IMG/VR virus record: IMGVR_UViG_3300017754_004896
Reading direction: 5' to 3' (one strand)
Length of the DNA stretch: 64,000 bases
Source of the DNA: an uncultured virus (IMG/VR IMGVR_UViG_3300017754_004896)
Taxonomy: Duplodnaviria > Heunggongvirae > Uroviricota > Caudoviricetes
Part shown: in pieces, positions 10,701 to 19,782 of the stretch
How the letters are laid out: the number at the start of each line of letters is the position of its first letter
How positions within the stretch are numbered: position 1 is the stretch's first letter
Position numbers and translations under genes: made by a program
Notes under the pieces: model-generated
Database searches by the model: none
Told to the model about the DNA's origin: nothing
What the model saw: the letters and a program-made list of their open reading frames with translations, nothing else

Positions 10701-10996
10701 ATGTATTGGTAGTAAGCACTCGTGGGGGTCGTCCCGGCTACGAGCACCCACCTGCCCGGCGTCCCTAGGGATTGGCCCAGGGGAATAACTACCGATGCCC
10801 CAGGGGCTGCGATGCTCGCCGAGTCCCACCGGTACATGTCTTGGGTCGAAGCAATCTCTGCGATTGCCCCCTCAGCAATAGAGTCCACCCCGACGCACTC
10901 GAGCGCGTTCAGACGGCTTTCCCCCACCCCCGTAGAACGAACGGACTGGCAAATGAAGCTCGCCTTTACCTGTGTGATCTCCGTAGTGCCTGCCAT
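7697..10996 (-). CDS. Spike protein 2: pectin-lyase-like beta-helix (depolymerase-like), short collagen linker, LamG/ConA domain
   Basis: IIDVT..NTVAMNAAL..IYLPEGT beta-helix cap; GPTGPTGPT; LLHLHFEG..DFTIEFW..WHHIAV..GYMDEYRIT. Confidence 0.85.
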   Translation of the reverse strand: MAGTTEITQVKASFICQSVRSTGVGESRLNALECVGVDSIAEGAIAEIASTQDMYRWDSASIAAPGASVVIPLGQSLGTPGRWVLVAGTTPTSAYYQYMQGVPLASTLTPVSGAAVAAVQQNTLRIKNGNITDGGVYPIGYTQLTLHNQQVFYTDVDGSTVAENQRARLRFVASDSASSTPVHVADEATTDSTVVTIYSATAADLPGIIDVTAEPYSVVINDRSAAASNTVAMNAALVEAHNTGKAIYLPEGTIHLGVTTPTPDASGYTYALAMPPNDGNYGITIRGVGKHKSILRYCDYDGAHPYDVVLHQPELPAFGEQPRHTWTMEEFSIYGKDSLDAGKQAKYCWKARSINSCIVYACSFNFTWVAAAALDLAWSMTIRDCEFSASYQHGLQLGRNYANVLSVQIERCSFHNNLGVGLFIKGGSNVSILGGDAQNNYGGGLFFLYCVSTNVDGMYFEHNCPANNEGIPRGINFVGVGRRYADIYFFRGNLGGTEDAWTYTYTTTGGPVTGVPGKIDDRAGMNSASRVANCYTYLDATDEDPAFAFISGNAANGLVIENNTNGPGLADNIYATGTHGYLYAWECDTYGVLGRFSASGNNGFEAPRPWGTPTSMWDSLNLGQVAETCILGTPCNNLLPADLTTLTQFATTGGVGYPVLAESSTIQYLNKQTWQMTASYYTNALGITLDIDANKTLANRLVYISCRQYRPVWQSSVSYGYYDGSTHYSLSASGNEDGYVEAPEGPTGEYSEWVLMTRVVRLPSSGSVKLGFAVSTESNVTKYFADPVIAILGAPIDSVVGSSVGPTGPTGPTGPTGPTGAAGAGSAPVVDSTLTMNTVSNLLHLHFEGDAWTDSGVGGQTITPFGAPERSSTQKKFGSTSLYAANLGSNYIVVNNKTFAPEWDDFTIEFWFYATSSLPGTYNMWTGCINAALVDQTGWAIVALDSDRKPTFLCTSNPGTWTGQLTANSDITTIGLNAWHHIAVDRTNGLIRMYVDGVPQSATLYHPYMATPSVDTNDSRIYIGNYIGYPMIGYMDEYRITGFARYKGQTFTPASAAFADYSAPADPVNGQIRMGLQQRNYIYLERAAGLGYWRPLAYK

Positions 10997-11026
10997 ATCA
11001 AGCCTTGTTCTTGTCTAGTCCTGCAC

Positions 11027-14000
11027 TTACACGGATCTGAGTCGCCACTTGTTGACTATAGTGTCATAGAAAAGAAACACGAAGTTTGTGGCACTTACGG
11101 TAACTGCCCCTCCTGTAGTTGTATAAATCCTATTGTTGGCCGCGCTTCCTGCATCATTGTAGTTGAAGGTAACGTTCACAGCGCTAGCTGCCATGTAAAA
11201 TATCTTGTTCCTAATGAGCAACCCTGTACTGTCGATTCCCGTGATGGTAATCGCGGAAGGGCCTCCGGTGCAGATTAGGTGCGTTAGTGTGGCGATATCA
11301 GTAGGCGACCAGTCATTGATTGTAACCCCGCTACCTAGTGCGATATTGGCGGCTGGCTGCTTGTAGATATTCTGCAGCTGTACCGCGTCCGTTGTTGCAC
11401 TAGGGGCCCCTAGGCTGGTGATCTTCTGTGCCGCCATGTCCAACGGCTGGTAGGCGAAAATGCCAGAGCCATTGACCGCAAGCACAGCAACACTGTTGAC
11501 TTGTATAAGGTGCCTGCCGCTGGTAGCTACATTGTTGGCAATCTCATACACACCGTTAGCAGCGGCTGACCCGACCTGTATTGCCGTATACCCGCCGCCG
11601 TCGTAAGTGCTGAACAAAGGAACACTCGAAGCAGCTGCTAGCTTTGCCGTTATGATTGAATCAACGGGGCCGGCCCGAAGGAATCCTGACGTGTGGGCCA
11701 GGCCTCCCCCTCCCGTAGTGGTCTCGAAGTAGTCTTGTGGTTGCCAAACGGTCCCGCCTACGTTCTGCAACACCTGCCCGTTCGTCCCAATGGGGAGCGG
11801 CTGGGTATTGGTGCCCGCGCCCCCCTTGTACTTGTTCCCGCGCCAGTCGTAGTAGTTGGCAGTGGTTGACACCATCACCACTCGAGCCTTTGGCGTGTTC
11901 CCGTAGCTGTCTGCAGTCTGAATTATCACCGACGCCAGCGGAACCGCCTCAGGACCGAATATCTTGATTAGGTCTGCCAGTGCCAATAGCTCTGCCGCAG
12001 CCCCCGCTTGAGCAGACGGAATTGTCGTGTACACGGCTTGCCCCGCTATCGCAACAACCGGCTCCGTCCAGCTAGTTGTTGCATAGATATGGGCCAGCAC
12101 GTAACCGTTATTGGCTACTTGAGCGAGGCTCCATACACCTCCGCTCAGCCGATTGTATGCAACTCTTCCGTCAGCACCAGTGTAAATGACAACTGGAACG
12201 CCTGCCGACATTCCAAGGGCCCCAGATTGAACGAAGGGATAATCATCGGCGGTCTTCTTTCGCCACACCCCCGCTCCCGACAAGTAGTAAACAGGTGCTT
12301 TCAGTACGGGACTCAAATCTTGAGGAACCCCGTCTGAAATAGACATACGAATGTCTTCGTCTCTAATGATGACATCTTGACACGCAAACTGAGCATGCGT
12401 ATCTGTGTTTCCGTTACCTATTGTAAAACCAACTAGCGCACCCCCTGATACCCACAACGCACCTATGGTCTCGTGCGCCCAAATATGTGTGGGCGTATTC
12501 ATGAACCCGTGTCGCTCATCCGCGTTGTGAACGATGACCTTGTTGGTAGCGTCCCAGTATATCTGGGCAACGAGTGCTGCGCCGTTAGTCAGAACAGTTT
12601 GTACTGTAGTCGATGAATTGGTGGACTGCAGAACTCCCGCACTGTCATAGTAGAACCACCATTGACCTTCTGTGTCTGTCCAGGTCTTGGTTTCTGTCCC
12701 AGACTTAGTGTAGGGGTAGGTGTATGAATATATCTGATAGGAGACCCCGGACGGAGCAATTGAAAATGTTAGGGTGCCATCATTTGCAGATATCGTCGAA
12801 TCCGTCCGGTTGTAGAATCCGTTGATCGAATTGACGGTGTTGCAATCCGGCATGGAAATCCAGGGCACAGGAGACGCGCCTGGAGGTGTTATCTGATAGA
12901 CGGTGCCGCCCTGTGTTTCCCAGAACAAGTGATCTGCGCCGGATACGGTCTTGGCGTACAACTGCCCTGCACTGCCCAGACTGGCAGGATCCGAGGCCAG
13001 CGCTACAGGGGACAGAGGCTGGTACATTTGCGTGTACCCGGCTCGAGCCGCGGTCGCTCCTACTATGTAGAGGGTTCCTGCGGTGTTTGCGGTGCTTCTC
13101 CCTCCGGACAACGTGAGCTGCCCGCCTAAGGCTGTTCCGTCCCCAGCTCGAAGTACCGCAGCACCTCCCGCCAAAGTTGCCCCCGCTGGAGAGCCGGGCG
13201 ACAGCGTCAACAACGAGCCTACTTGTGTAGCCCCCGCAGTATTGTTTGCGGCTTGCATCTGGATAGAACCACGAGCTGTGGTCGCATCGTTGCAAGCCCC
13301 CATCTGTACGGAGAAATCGCCTGGCCCTTTCGCGGTGCCAAAGGGGGTGCTGGGCAAGCTGATAGTAACGTTACCGCCTACAACTGTCGCGGAGCCCGCA
13401 CCGCTCGTAACGGTGACGGCGCCTCCCGCAGTTGAAAGGCCCCCTCCCACCAGGATGCCCGCACCTGCCACGCCCCCGGAAGTGGTCCCTCCTAGTATCT
13501 CGGCGTCCCCCGCCATTCCGGCTGCCGGATTCTTCTTCACCAATACCGACCCACCAGTATCACTGGTAGGATTCGAGGTCGCTGCGAAAACTCCCTGATT
13601 AGTGCCGGGGGTTATCTGCGCTACTGTCGTTAGGTCAATAGAGCAGCCCGAGGCAACGTCCATGACCGAAGAATCGGTCAATTGAAAGTGGCTGGCTCCA
13701 TCCATGATCGCGTCGTTGCCGCCGCTAACATTGCCTAATGCTAAGACAGCGGACCACGGTGCAGAAGCCGCCAACGACCGATAGATGGTGACCACCGTGG
13801 TATCGGTTGCAGGTTCGTCCTTCACGTCTACAGGAACGTTTGCGGGGGTTATGTCCGAAGCAACGAACCGAATCCTGGCACGCTTGTTCTCGGCGACGGT
13901 CGCTCCTAGAATGTCGGTAAACCAGACTTGCTGATTGTGCAACGTTAGCTGGGTGAACCCTGTTGGATTGACACCGTTGTCGGTAATATCCCCATTCTTG

Positions 14001-14377
14001 AAGGTCAACGTGCTCTGCTGAATCGCTGCCACAGGAATACCTGAGGAAGGGATCAGCGTAGAAGAAAGAGGAATTCCGTTGATGTACTGGTAGTAGGCAC
14101 TCGTCGGGGTCGTCCCCGCCACCAGCACCCAGCGTCCAGGGGTGCCCAGTGCCTGCCCCAGAGGAATTACGACGGTTGCCCCCGGTGCCGCAAGGCTCGC
14201 AGGATCCCATCGGTAAATATCTTGCGTGGGGGCGATCTCCGCTATCGACCCCTCCGCAATTGCGTCTACCTCGATACACTCAAGTGCATTTAGCTTGCTC
14301 TCCCCCACCCCTGTCGAGTGGACAGACTGACAAATGTAACTTGCTTTGACTTGAGTAATATCAGGAGTGCCGGCCAT
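11027..14377 (-). CDS. Spike/fibre protein 1
   Basis: First ~200 aa strongly similar to spike 2; Gly-rich segment, then beta-rich fibre-like domains. Confidence 0.8.
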   Translation of the reverse strand: MAGTPDITQVKASYICQSVHSTGVGESKLNALECIEVDAIAEGSIAEIAPTQDIYRWDPASLAAPGATVVIPLGQALGTPGRWVLVAGTTPTSAYYQYINGIPLSSTLIPSSGIPVAAIQQSTLTFKNGDITDNGVNPTGFTQLTLHNQQVWFTDILGATVAENKRARIRFVASDITPANVPVDVKDEPATDTTVVTIYRSLAASAPWSAVLALGNVSGGNDAIMDGASHFQLTDSSVMDVASGCSIDLTTVAQITPGTNQGVFAATSNPTSDTGGSVLVKKNPAAGMAGDAEILGGTTSGGVAGAGILVGGGLSTAGGAVTVTSGAGSATVVGGNVTISLPSTPFGTAKGPGDFSVQMGACNDATTARGSIQMQAANNTAGATQVGSLLTLSPGSPAGATLAGGAAVLRAGDGTALGGQLTLSGGRSTANTAGTLYIVGATAARAGYTQMYQPLSPVALASDPASLGSAGQLYAKTVSGADHLFWETQGGTVYQITPPGASPVPWISMPDCNTVNSINGFYNRTDSTISANDGTLTFSIAPSGVSYQIYSYTYPYTKSGTETKTWTDTEGQWWFYYDSAGVLQSTNSSTTVQTVLTNGAALVAQIYWDATNKVIVHNADERHGFMNTPTHIWAHETIGALWVSGGALVGFTIGNGNTDTHAQFACQDVIIRDEDIRMSISDGVPQDLSPVLKAPVYYLSGAGVWRKKTADDYPFVQSGALGMSAGVPVVIYTGADGRVAYNRLSGGVWSLAQVANNGYVLAHIYATTSWTEPVVAIAGQAVYTTIPSAQAGAAAELLALADLIKIFGPEAVPLASVIIQTADSYGNTPKARVVMVSTTANYYDWRGNKYKGGAGTNTQPLPIGTNGQVLQNVGGTVWQPQDYFETTTGGGGLAHTSGFLRAGPVDSIITAKLAAASSVPLFSTYDGGGYTAIQVGSAAANGVYEIANNVATSGRHLIQVNSVAVLAVNGSGIFAYQPLDMAAQKITSLGAPSATTDAVQLQNIYKQPAANIALGSGVTINDWSPTDIATLTHLICTGGPSAITITGIDSTGLLIRNKIFYMAASAVNVTFNYNDAGSAANNRIYTTTGGAVTVSATNFVFLFYDTIVNKWRLRSV

Positions 14378-14378
14378 G

Positions 14379-15005
14379 TCACACCATATCGACGCTGATT
14401 GGCAGTATGCTGAATCCCGGCTTGGCCGGCAGAACGAACTTACAATCCTTCACTTGGGAAGGCACTGTCACAGCTCGACCCGTGTTGCAGTACTCCTTCG
14501 AGCTATTCCCTGCAATGTGCTGCATGCCTCGGGCAGTCAACCAGGCGCCTGGAACGATGGTCACCACCTTGTTCAACGGTAGGAACCCCGTCACGGCAAA
14601 CGCCAGCTCCCCTCCAGAGACCCCGATAGCCTGTCCGAGACTCACTGTGGCCCCCTCGACAACGGACGGTGCAATCCCCCCATAGTACAGGATGACCGGC
14701 TCGTAGGCCGACAGAATGTGGACGAAGTCTTCCCCCCGAGCCACCACTTTTCCGGGGGCTACCGTGTAGACGGTCTCGCCTTTCGTCGTTACTATGATGT
14801 CGGCTGAATCACAGCCGAACGACCCCGGTCCGGCACAAGACTTCAAGGTGCCTTTGCTCACCAGAGCTCGAGAAGAGTTCCAGAGTCCTCGCACGAGAGC
14901 CACGGTTCCCACTGCCCCGAAGAGCAACGGAATGATCAGCTCCTTCACGGGGAGCTTCTTTGGCGACTTGACGGTGGAAGATGCGGGTTTCTCAGGGGTA
15001 GTCAT
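14379..15005 (-). CDS. Membrane protein with degenerate M23 peptidase-like domain
   Basis: N-terminal TM; GETVYTVAPGKVV..VVEGATVSLGQAIGVSG, but no HxxxD/HxH zinc ligands. Confidence 0.6.
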   Translation of the reverse strand: MTTPEKPASSTVKSPKKLPVKELIIPLLFGAVGTVALVRGLWNSSRALVSKGTLKSCAGPGSFGCDSADIIVTTKGETVYTVAPGKVVARGEDFVHILSAYEPVILYYGGIAPSVVEGATVSLGQAIGVSGGELAFAVTGFLPLNKVVTIVPGAWLTARGMQHIAGNSSKEYCNTGRAVTVPSQVKDCKFVLPAKPGFSILPISVDMV

Positions 15006-15061
15006 GGATTCCTCGCGCCGAGTATACCACGCCCGGGCTCTGCCACGCTATACTGCTTTCC

Positions 15062-15346
15062 ATGCAATGGCAACCCCACCCTCTCTACCAATGGATCCTC
15101 TGGACTGTCCACCCCGCAGGGGGTTGGCTGCTTCACGACACCCGGGACGGCGCGCAGATTCACGCTCGGTCTCAGGACCACATCCAGCAATTCTTGGCCG
15201 ACCGGAGCAACCCAAATCTGCGCCGTATGGGCCTAGGGGACATGGTTCACTCTGCGGCCCATGCTCTCGGCTTTGAGCGCTGCACGCCTTGTGCAGAGCG
15301 CCAACAAGCACTCAATCGTCTCGCCCCCAACGTCTGGCGTAGGTGA
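15062..15346 (+). CDS. Small phage protein (GLGD..CxxC..R..LN type)
   Basis: MGLGDMV..CTPCAERQQALN; TATACT 7 nt upstream of the ATG. Confidence 0.6.
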   Translation: MQWQPHPLYQWILWTVHPAGGWLLHDTRDGAQIHARSQDHIQQFLADRSNPNLRRMGLGDMVHSAAHALGFERCTPCAERQQALNRLAPNVWRR

Positions 15347-15512
15347 GGCTCTCCCTCACTCCGAGCTGCTCCCGCTCGTCGAGCTGCCAGATGATCTCAT
15401 CCACATCGCAGGTATCCGAGACTGTGTAATCATCGCCTTCCCTGCAGGGTAGCTCCTGTCTGCGGCTCCGACGCCCTTTCGCCTTTCGACGTTTCGGTAG
15501 CTCTTCCATCAA
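15312..15512 (-). CDS. Small hypothetical protein
   Basis: Coupled to the stop of the upstream gene. Confidence 0.4.
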   Translation of the reverse strand: MMEELPKRRKAKGRRSRRQELPCREGDDYTVSDTCDVDEIIWQLDEREQLGVRESLTYARRWGRDD

Positions 15513-16081
15513 CGTAGGCCCCTAGGTCTCGGTTTCCCTCCCCCTAAATGCTGCAGAGTACAAGGGCCCCGATACCCTATCTGGCGCCCTGACACCAACT
15601 CTGCAATCTTATCCGCCGAGACCTCCACGGTATCTCTATCTCGGTTTTCCCACTGGTTCCGGAACGACTTTACCGCCTTCAGCGACTTGGCTTCAGCTCC
15701 CGTGGGCTTGTCCGATGTCCCCCGAAAAGCGGCTATTGCCTCTGCCTGGTCGTTCCGTATACGGAACCTGGCCGGGTATAAGAAATCCGCAGCATGCCCG
15801 AACTCGTGCAGGAAAATGGCCCCCACGAATCCTTCACTAAGCTCCACCATCTCAGGCGCCGCGTAGATCACCAGTCCCGAGGTCAGGCACCCTGCGAAGT
15901 GCCGAGGCTTGTCCCGAATCTCCTGATCAATCACGAAGTGGACCTTCTGGATAGGCCCCGAAGAGAATCCCAGACGCTCCAGACCCTCAACGAAGACTTC
16001 TTGCGCGGCGAGAAACCATGGCTCGAGGATGGCAAACGCCTCCTCTTCGGTCACCGTGGTTACTAGCTCCGGACAAGCCAT
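15509..16081 (-). CDS. Zincin-like metalloprotease
   Basis: HExxH motif LHEFGHAAD; start reassigned to ATG 16081 (MACPEL) just after the upstream stop. Confidence 0.65.
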   Translation of the reverse strand: MACPELVTTVTEEEAFAILEPWFLAAQEVFVEGLERLGFSSGPIQKVHFVIDQEIRDKPRHFAGCLTSGLVIYAAPEMVELSEGFVGAIFLHEFGHAADFLYPARFRIRNDQAEAIAAFRGTSDKPTGAEAKSLKAVKSFRNQWENRDRDTVEVSADKIAELVSGRQIGYRGPCTLQHLGGGKPRPRGLR

Positions 16082-16083
16082 AC

Positions 16084-16512
16084 TCACCGGAAGCCGCGGG
16101 CCTGCATCACCTGCTGCCCCCAAGCCGCTGCTTGATCCTTCGAGACGAACCCCGTTTTGACGGCTGTGGTGACGTGCCTCGCAGCCTCGTCGGGGGTGAT
16201 ATGTATCGCCACCCCGGGGTTCCCGCACTTTGCACAGCCCATCTCAAGGTACACGGTGCCCTGATTGGAACGTCGGTATCCAGGGGGCATGATGGGGGTA
16301 ACGTTCGGCTGGTTGCTCCCCACCACGTAGAGCTCGTGCCATTCCATTGTCACTTTATGCCCCTTGCCGCAATACCGACAAGGAACCTGTACAGTTAGCC
16401 CCTCCGGAACGACTTCTTGCCTGACATTATCGTAGTCTCGAAGCCCAGGAGACTCAAGGGTGCCCCCCGTGTCATCGCTAAAAATGTCCTGGAAATCGTC
16501 AAAATCGTTCAC
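16084..16512 (-). CDS. Zn-finger hypothetical protein
   Basis: CRYC..CAKC; coupled start. Confidence 0.7.
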   Translation of the reverse strand: MNDFDDFQDIFSDDTGGTLESPGLRDYDNVRQEVVPEGLTVQVPCRYCGKGHKVTMEWHELYVVGSNQPNVTPIMPPGYRRSNQGTVYLEMGCAKCGNPGVAIHITPDEAARHVTTAVKTGFVSKDQAAAWGQQVMQARGFR

Positions 16513-17354
16513 GATGGGCCTCCGACGTAATTGTTCTGCACCTGGCTTGTGCTCGTACCTTCCCCTGACAGTACATACACCCCGAAATCAGGGTTATCCG
16601 TAAGGGATTGATACAATATCTTGTCCGCATAGGGGTCCGTAAAGTCCCAGGTACCACCTGTAGAAGTGGCAGTCTGTAAAATGACTAGGTCATCCCCCAG
16701 CGCTGTTAGCTCTACGATATTCCAGCTTATGGAAGCCACGTCGCTGTAGGGCGTCAATGGTGTTCCTTGTTCAATCAACAGGGGATTTCCCAGCACATCA
16801 AGGGGGCGTTTATCCGCGCCTCCTATAACGAATGAGTTGCCCAGCACCGTTGCTTTAGGCTGTACCCAGTTCTCTATCTTCGAGATTTGCTGGCTAGCTT
16901 GCTGCACGCTTACCACATCAAAGGGCGGAGTCCCTACACTTCCGACGAAGAAGCCTGTGTCTACTGCTGCGGGAATCGTTACATACCCCGACGTCTTGCG
17001 GGCGCTCGGGAAGTGGTATCCTCCCGTTTGCTGCCCTTTCTGCTGCATCTTGATGTAGTATTCCGGGTTGCGCAGTCTCCAAACAAACCGCCAAGCATAC
17101 GGAGTTATCTCCATGGCTGCTTCTCGGTCAGAGGTCCACCTCAACAACTGAGGCAGCCACACCAACACCTTCGACCCCAAAGGCACCGCGGTCCCCGCGA
17201 GCAGATTCCGCTCCCCCGCGACGACTGGATCAGACGCTAGCGTGTCCGCTACCCCAGGCCAAGCAATCGGGATATCCGAATCCTTTCCCTGGTACCGCAA
17301 CGTCAACGCTGTGAGGTCGGGACGTACTACCTTTGCGAGTCCGAACTGGGTCAC
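16509..17354 (-). CDS. Beta-rich hypothetical protein, possible virion component
   Basis: Coupled GTGA overlaps; beta-strand-like sequence. Confidence 0.65.
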   Translation of the reverse strand: MTQFGLAKVVRPDLTALTLRYQGKDSDIPIAWPGVADTLASDPVVAGERNLLAGTAVPLGSKVLVWLPQLLRWTSDREAAMEITPYAWRFVWRLRNPEYYIKMQQKGQQTGGYHFPSARKTSGYVTIPAAVDTGFFVGSVGTPPFDVVSVQQASQQISKIENWVQPKATVLGNSFVIGGADKRPLDVLGNPLLIEQGTPLTPYSDVASISWNIVELTALGDDLVILQTATSTGGTWDFTDPYADKILYQSLTDNPDFGVYVLSGEGTSTSQVQNNYVGGPS

Positions 17355-17926
17355 GGAACCCCCTGCTTTTCTGCTTTGCTCGTCTTCGCCTGCTTGCTCT
17401 GGTATGCCTGGTAGGCAGCATATCCGCCCGCCAGCAAACCTCCCGCGGCGAAAACCGCGCTCGAGACTGCCTCAAAGTTCTTGGCCTGGTCCTGGTCTCC
17501 CCAGAACTTCTGTGCGCGGTAGCCGTTGAGCGCAGTACCCGCAAGCAGCACTCCCGCGATTGCGCCCCAGGGACCACCGAGAGCCACGCCCAGCCCGAAC
17601 GACCCAGCCAACAGCACCGCGGCCACGCCTGCCCCACGCATGGTGCCGCTCTGCCCCGATTCCTTGCCCTCGAGCCACTCGAGCGTCTGTCCCGCCAACG
17701 GGTGCCCCGGCGGGTACACCATCCGCTGCGGCATCATCGGTCTATGCATAGCCGGTGCAACCCGACCATACCCCGGCAGCGCCGGCACGGGGGCCTCCGC
17801 GACCGCCTGTGTAATGCTCGTCGAGCTCGCCATCCCGGGCAAAGGCTGAGCGTAGGCGCCCATCCCCTTCGGCTCGCTCGTGGTGTCCCAACCTTCAATG
17901 CCTTCTAGTGCTTTTTCGTCGAACAT
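17351..17926 (-). CDS. Multi-pass membrane protein
   Basis: Gly/Ala-rich hydrophobic segments, basic tail, KGMGA motif. Confidence 0.7.
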   Translation of the reverse strand: MFDEKALEGIEGWDTTSEPKGMGAYAQPLPGMASSTSITQAVAEAPVPALPGYGRVAPAMHRPMMPQRMVYPPGHPLAGQTLEWLEGKESGQSGTMRGAGVAAVLLAGSFGLGVALGGPWGAIAGVLLAGTALNGYRAQKFWGDQDQAKNFEAVSSAVFAAGGLLAGGYAAYQAYQSKQAKTSKAEKQGVP

Positions 17927-17927
17927 A

Positions 17928-18971
17928 TCAACTCCTGAGAGCCCTGCCTAGCCCATACGCAGCCCCGGCTCCCACGAGGAACCAGAACACCTTCGCTGCT
18001 GAACTGCTCTCCGAAGAGGTGCCGACCACAGGTCCACCCTGCACCTCGGGAGGCAATTCGAGCAAGTTCTTTCGACACCCCGCCCCGTCCTCACCCACCC
18101 CGGACACCGGATAGCAAAGGTTGACCTCTTGATTCATCCGTGTCCGATAAAAGTTGTTCCACACCATCCGCTGCCCGTATGTGGCCGCGAAGATATGGTC
18201 TTGAGGTGTGTTCCCCCCGATATCAATATCCAAGTAGTTCCCTGCGTTTTGCGCTACTTTCCAAGGGAACTTCTCCCACTTCTTCGTAGGGGGATTGGCA
18301 ATCGGACTCCAAATCTCTACTAGTGGGGGAGGCTCACTCGCATCAACCGCCGCACTTACATCCCCAATCTTGAACGTTCCTCTAACATCCAACATGTAGA
18401 GATTGTCTAAGTGGTTGTTGATTAGATTGGCACTATCCGTCGTAGAGAGTGCATACGCGGAAGGCAACACGATGTTAGTGTGAAGGAGTACAAGTAGCCT
18501 TTGACCTGACCAGGCCAGCTTCGCGTACTCCAACCAGGGACGCCATTCGGATTCGATTCCGTTCGTTTTCGCGCCGGTATTTGCGGCGGACAGGTGCAGC
18601 CCGTCCAACATGAGGATCGAATCAACGTATGCGCCTTCCCCCGCAGCAATCACCGCCTTAGCAAATGCTTGTCCCCCCGAGAAACAAGCCAAACTAACGG
18701 TGCGAGCCTCTACCCCCGGCGCCAGCTCCGAAAGCGCCCCCTTGATGATCGACCCGTACTTCTGTTTGTACTTCGCCGCCTGCCGCTCGTACGCAGGACT
18801 GACGTTCCCCTCCCCCTCCTGTAACTGGTATGGCACCGACACCACGAGAGGGGGACTCTTGAACCCGTCTGCTGGCTGGAAGTAGCCAGGAGGCTTGTTC
18901 CCCTGCTTGATCGCGTTGACGGTCTCTGGAGAGACCGTTGCAAAGCAGGACAGGACTACATCACGTTTCAC
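17928..18971 (-). CDS. Alpha/beta-hydrolase-like protein with C-terminal membrane anchor
   Basis: ACFSGG, LMLDGLH, late QDH; SGVGE before the C-terminal TM. Confidence 0.65.
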   Translation of the reverse strand: MKRDVVLSCFATVSPETVNAIKQGNKPPGYFQPADGFKSPPLVVSVPYQLQEGEGNVSPAYERQAAKYKQKYGSIIKGALSELAPGVEARTVSLACFSGGQAFAKAVIAAGEGAYVDSILMLDGLHLSAANTGAKTNGIESEWRPWLEYAKLAWSGQRLLVLLHTNIVLPSAYALSTTDSANLINNHLDNLYMLDVRGTFKIGDVSAAVDASEPPPLVEIWSPIANPPTKKWEKFPWKVAQNAGNYLDIDIGGNTPQDHIFAATYGQRMVWNNFYRTRMNQEVNLCYPVSGVGEDGAGCRKNLLELPPEVQGGPVVGTSSESSSAAKVFWFLVGAGAAYGLGRALRS

Positions 18972-18985
18972 GGTGCCGGATCATA

Positions 18986-19285
18986 TCACGACTCCCCGGG
19001 GTCCGTCGATACCTCCGTTGCCGGCTCCAGCCTCTGCGCGACGCGAAGCAAAATCAGGTATCCAAGAAGGTCCTGCACTACATCCTCTCCAGCGGCAAAC
19101 CCCCTCGAAAGCCGGGATAGCTTGTCGTCAATCCGGACTAGTATCTGCTCCACCGGGCTCGCCCTCGAGAACACTCGAACCGGCTCGAGTGCCGAGTTCC
19201 CGTACGCCTTGTTCTTCGCAAGAAGCATGTCCCGCAGTCTGGTACATTCCTCGGAAATAAGGTCTGCCGCGCTTTTTGTGCTCAT
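18986..19285 (-). CDS. DUF1599 / nucleotide-modification-associated domain 1 protein
   Basis: KNKAYGNS..VRIDDKLSRL..EDVVQDLLGYLIL. Confidence 0.8.
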   Translation of the reverse strand: MSTKSAADLISEECTRLRDMLLAKNKAYGNSALEPVRVFSRASPVEQILVRIDDKLSRLSRGFAAGEDVVQDLLGYLILLRVAQRLEPATEVSTDPGES

Positions 19286-19782
19286 CCCATCAGCTCCTGG
19301 TAGTCGTACTCCCCCGCAAGACTCTCTCGAATTGTCACATACCGGTCATCCGCAGCCTGTACGACCCCCTCGTACACCCATAGATACTCAGGGAGACTGA
19401 CCTGCTCCAGCACAAAGCTAACCCCTGTCTCCGTCGGTCGGTACCAACCTACGGTGCTTCCGAAGGTCTCCGGCCTGGACTCAAGCAGCCCCCAGAGCAC
19501 TCCCTTCGCGTAGTCCCCGCCGGCCCCCAGGCTGGTGCCCTGTAGCAGCCTAGGCACATTCACCCATATCTCCTCGGGATTCATCACGGTGGCGCGGTAG
19601 ATGAGGCACAAAGCCGCCGAAATCGTGGGGCTCAGCCTCCTCCGGTACATACGTGCCAGCTGCCCACAACACGGGCACACCGCGCCAGCCCCCGTCAGAT
19701 TCTCCTCCAGCCACCCTCGAGCTAGCACCAAGCTATCCGACCGGGACTGGTAGACGAGGGCCTCCCTCCTGGCATCTCTCAT
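19282..19782 (-). CDS. Phage Zn-ribbon/winged-helix-like protein
   Basis: ATG 19782 in ATGA overlap; CPCCGQ..GDYAK..WGL..GWYRPTETG. Confidence 0.7.
   Translation of the reverse strand: MRDARREALVYQSRSDSLVLARGWLEENLTGAGAVCPCCGQLARMYRRRLSPTISAALCLIYRATVMNPEEIWVNVPRLLQGTSLGAGGDYAKGVLWGLLESRPETFGSTVGWYRPTETGVSFVLEQVSLPEYLWVYEGVVQAADDRYVTIRESLAGEYDYQELMG

Noticed and set aside
5151..14349. Plus-strand Pro-rich ORFs opposite the spike genes
   Set aside because: Antisense shadows of Gly-rich, GC-rich coding sequence
4925..14377. Diversity-generating retroelement or invertible shufflon acting on the spikes
   Set aside because: No reverse transcriptase, no adenine-specific TR/VR pair and no inverted cassettes seen; all three genes are complete and co-oriented
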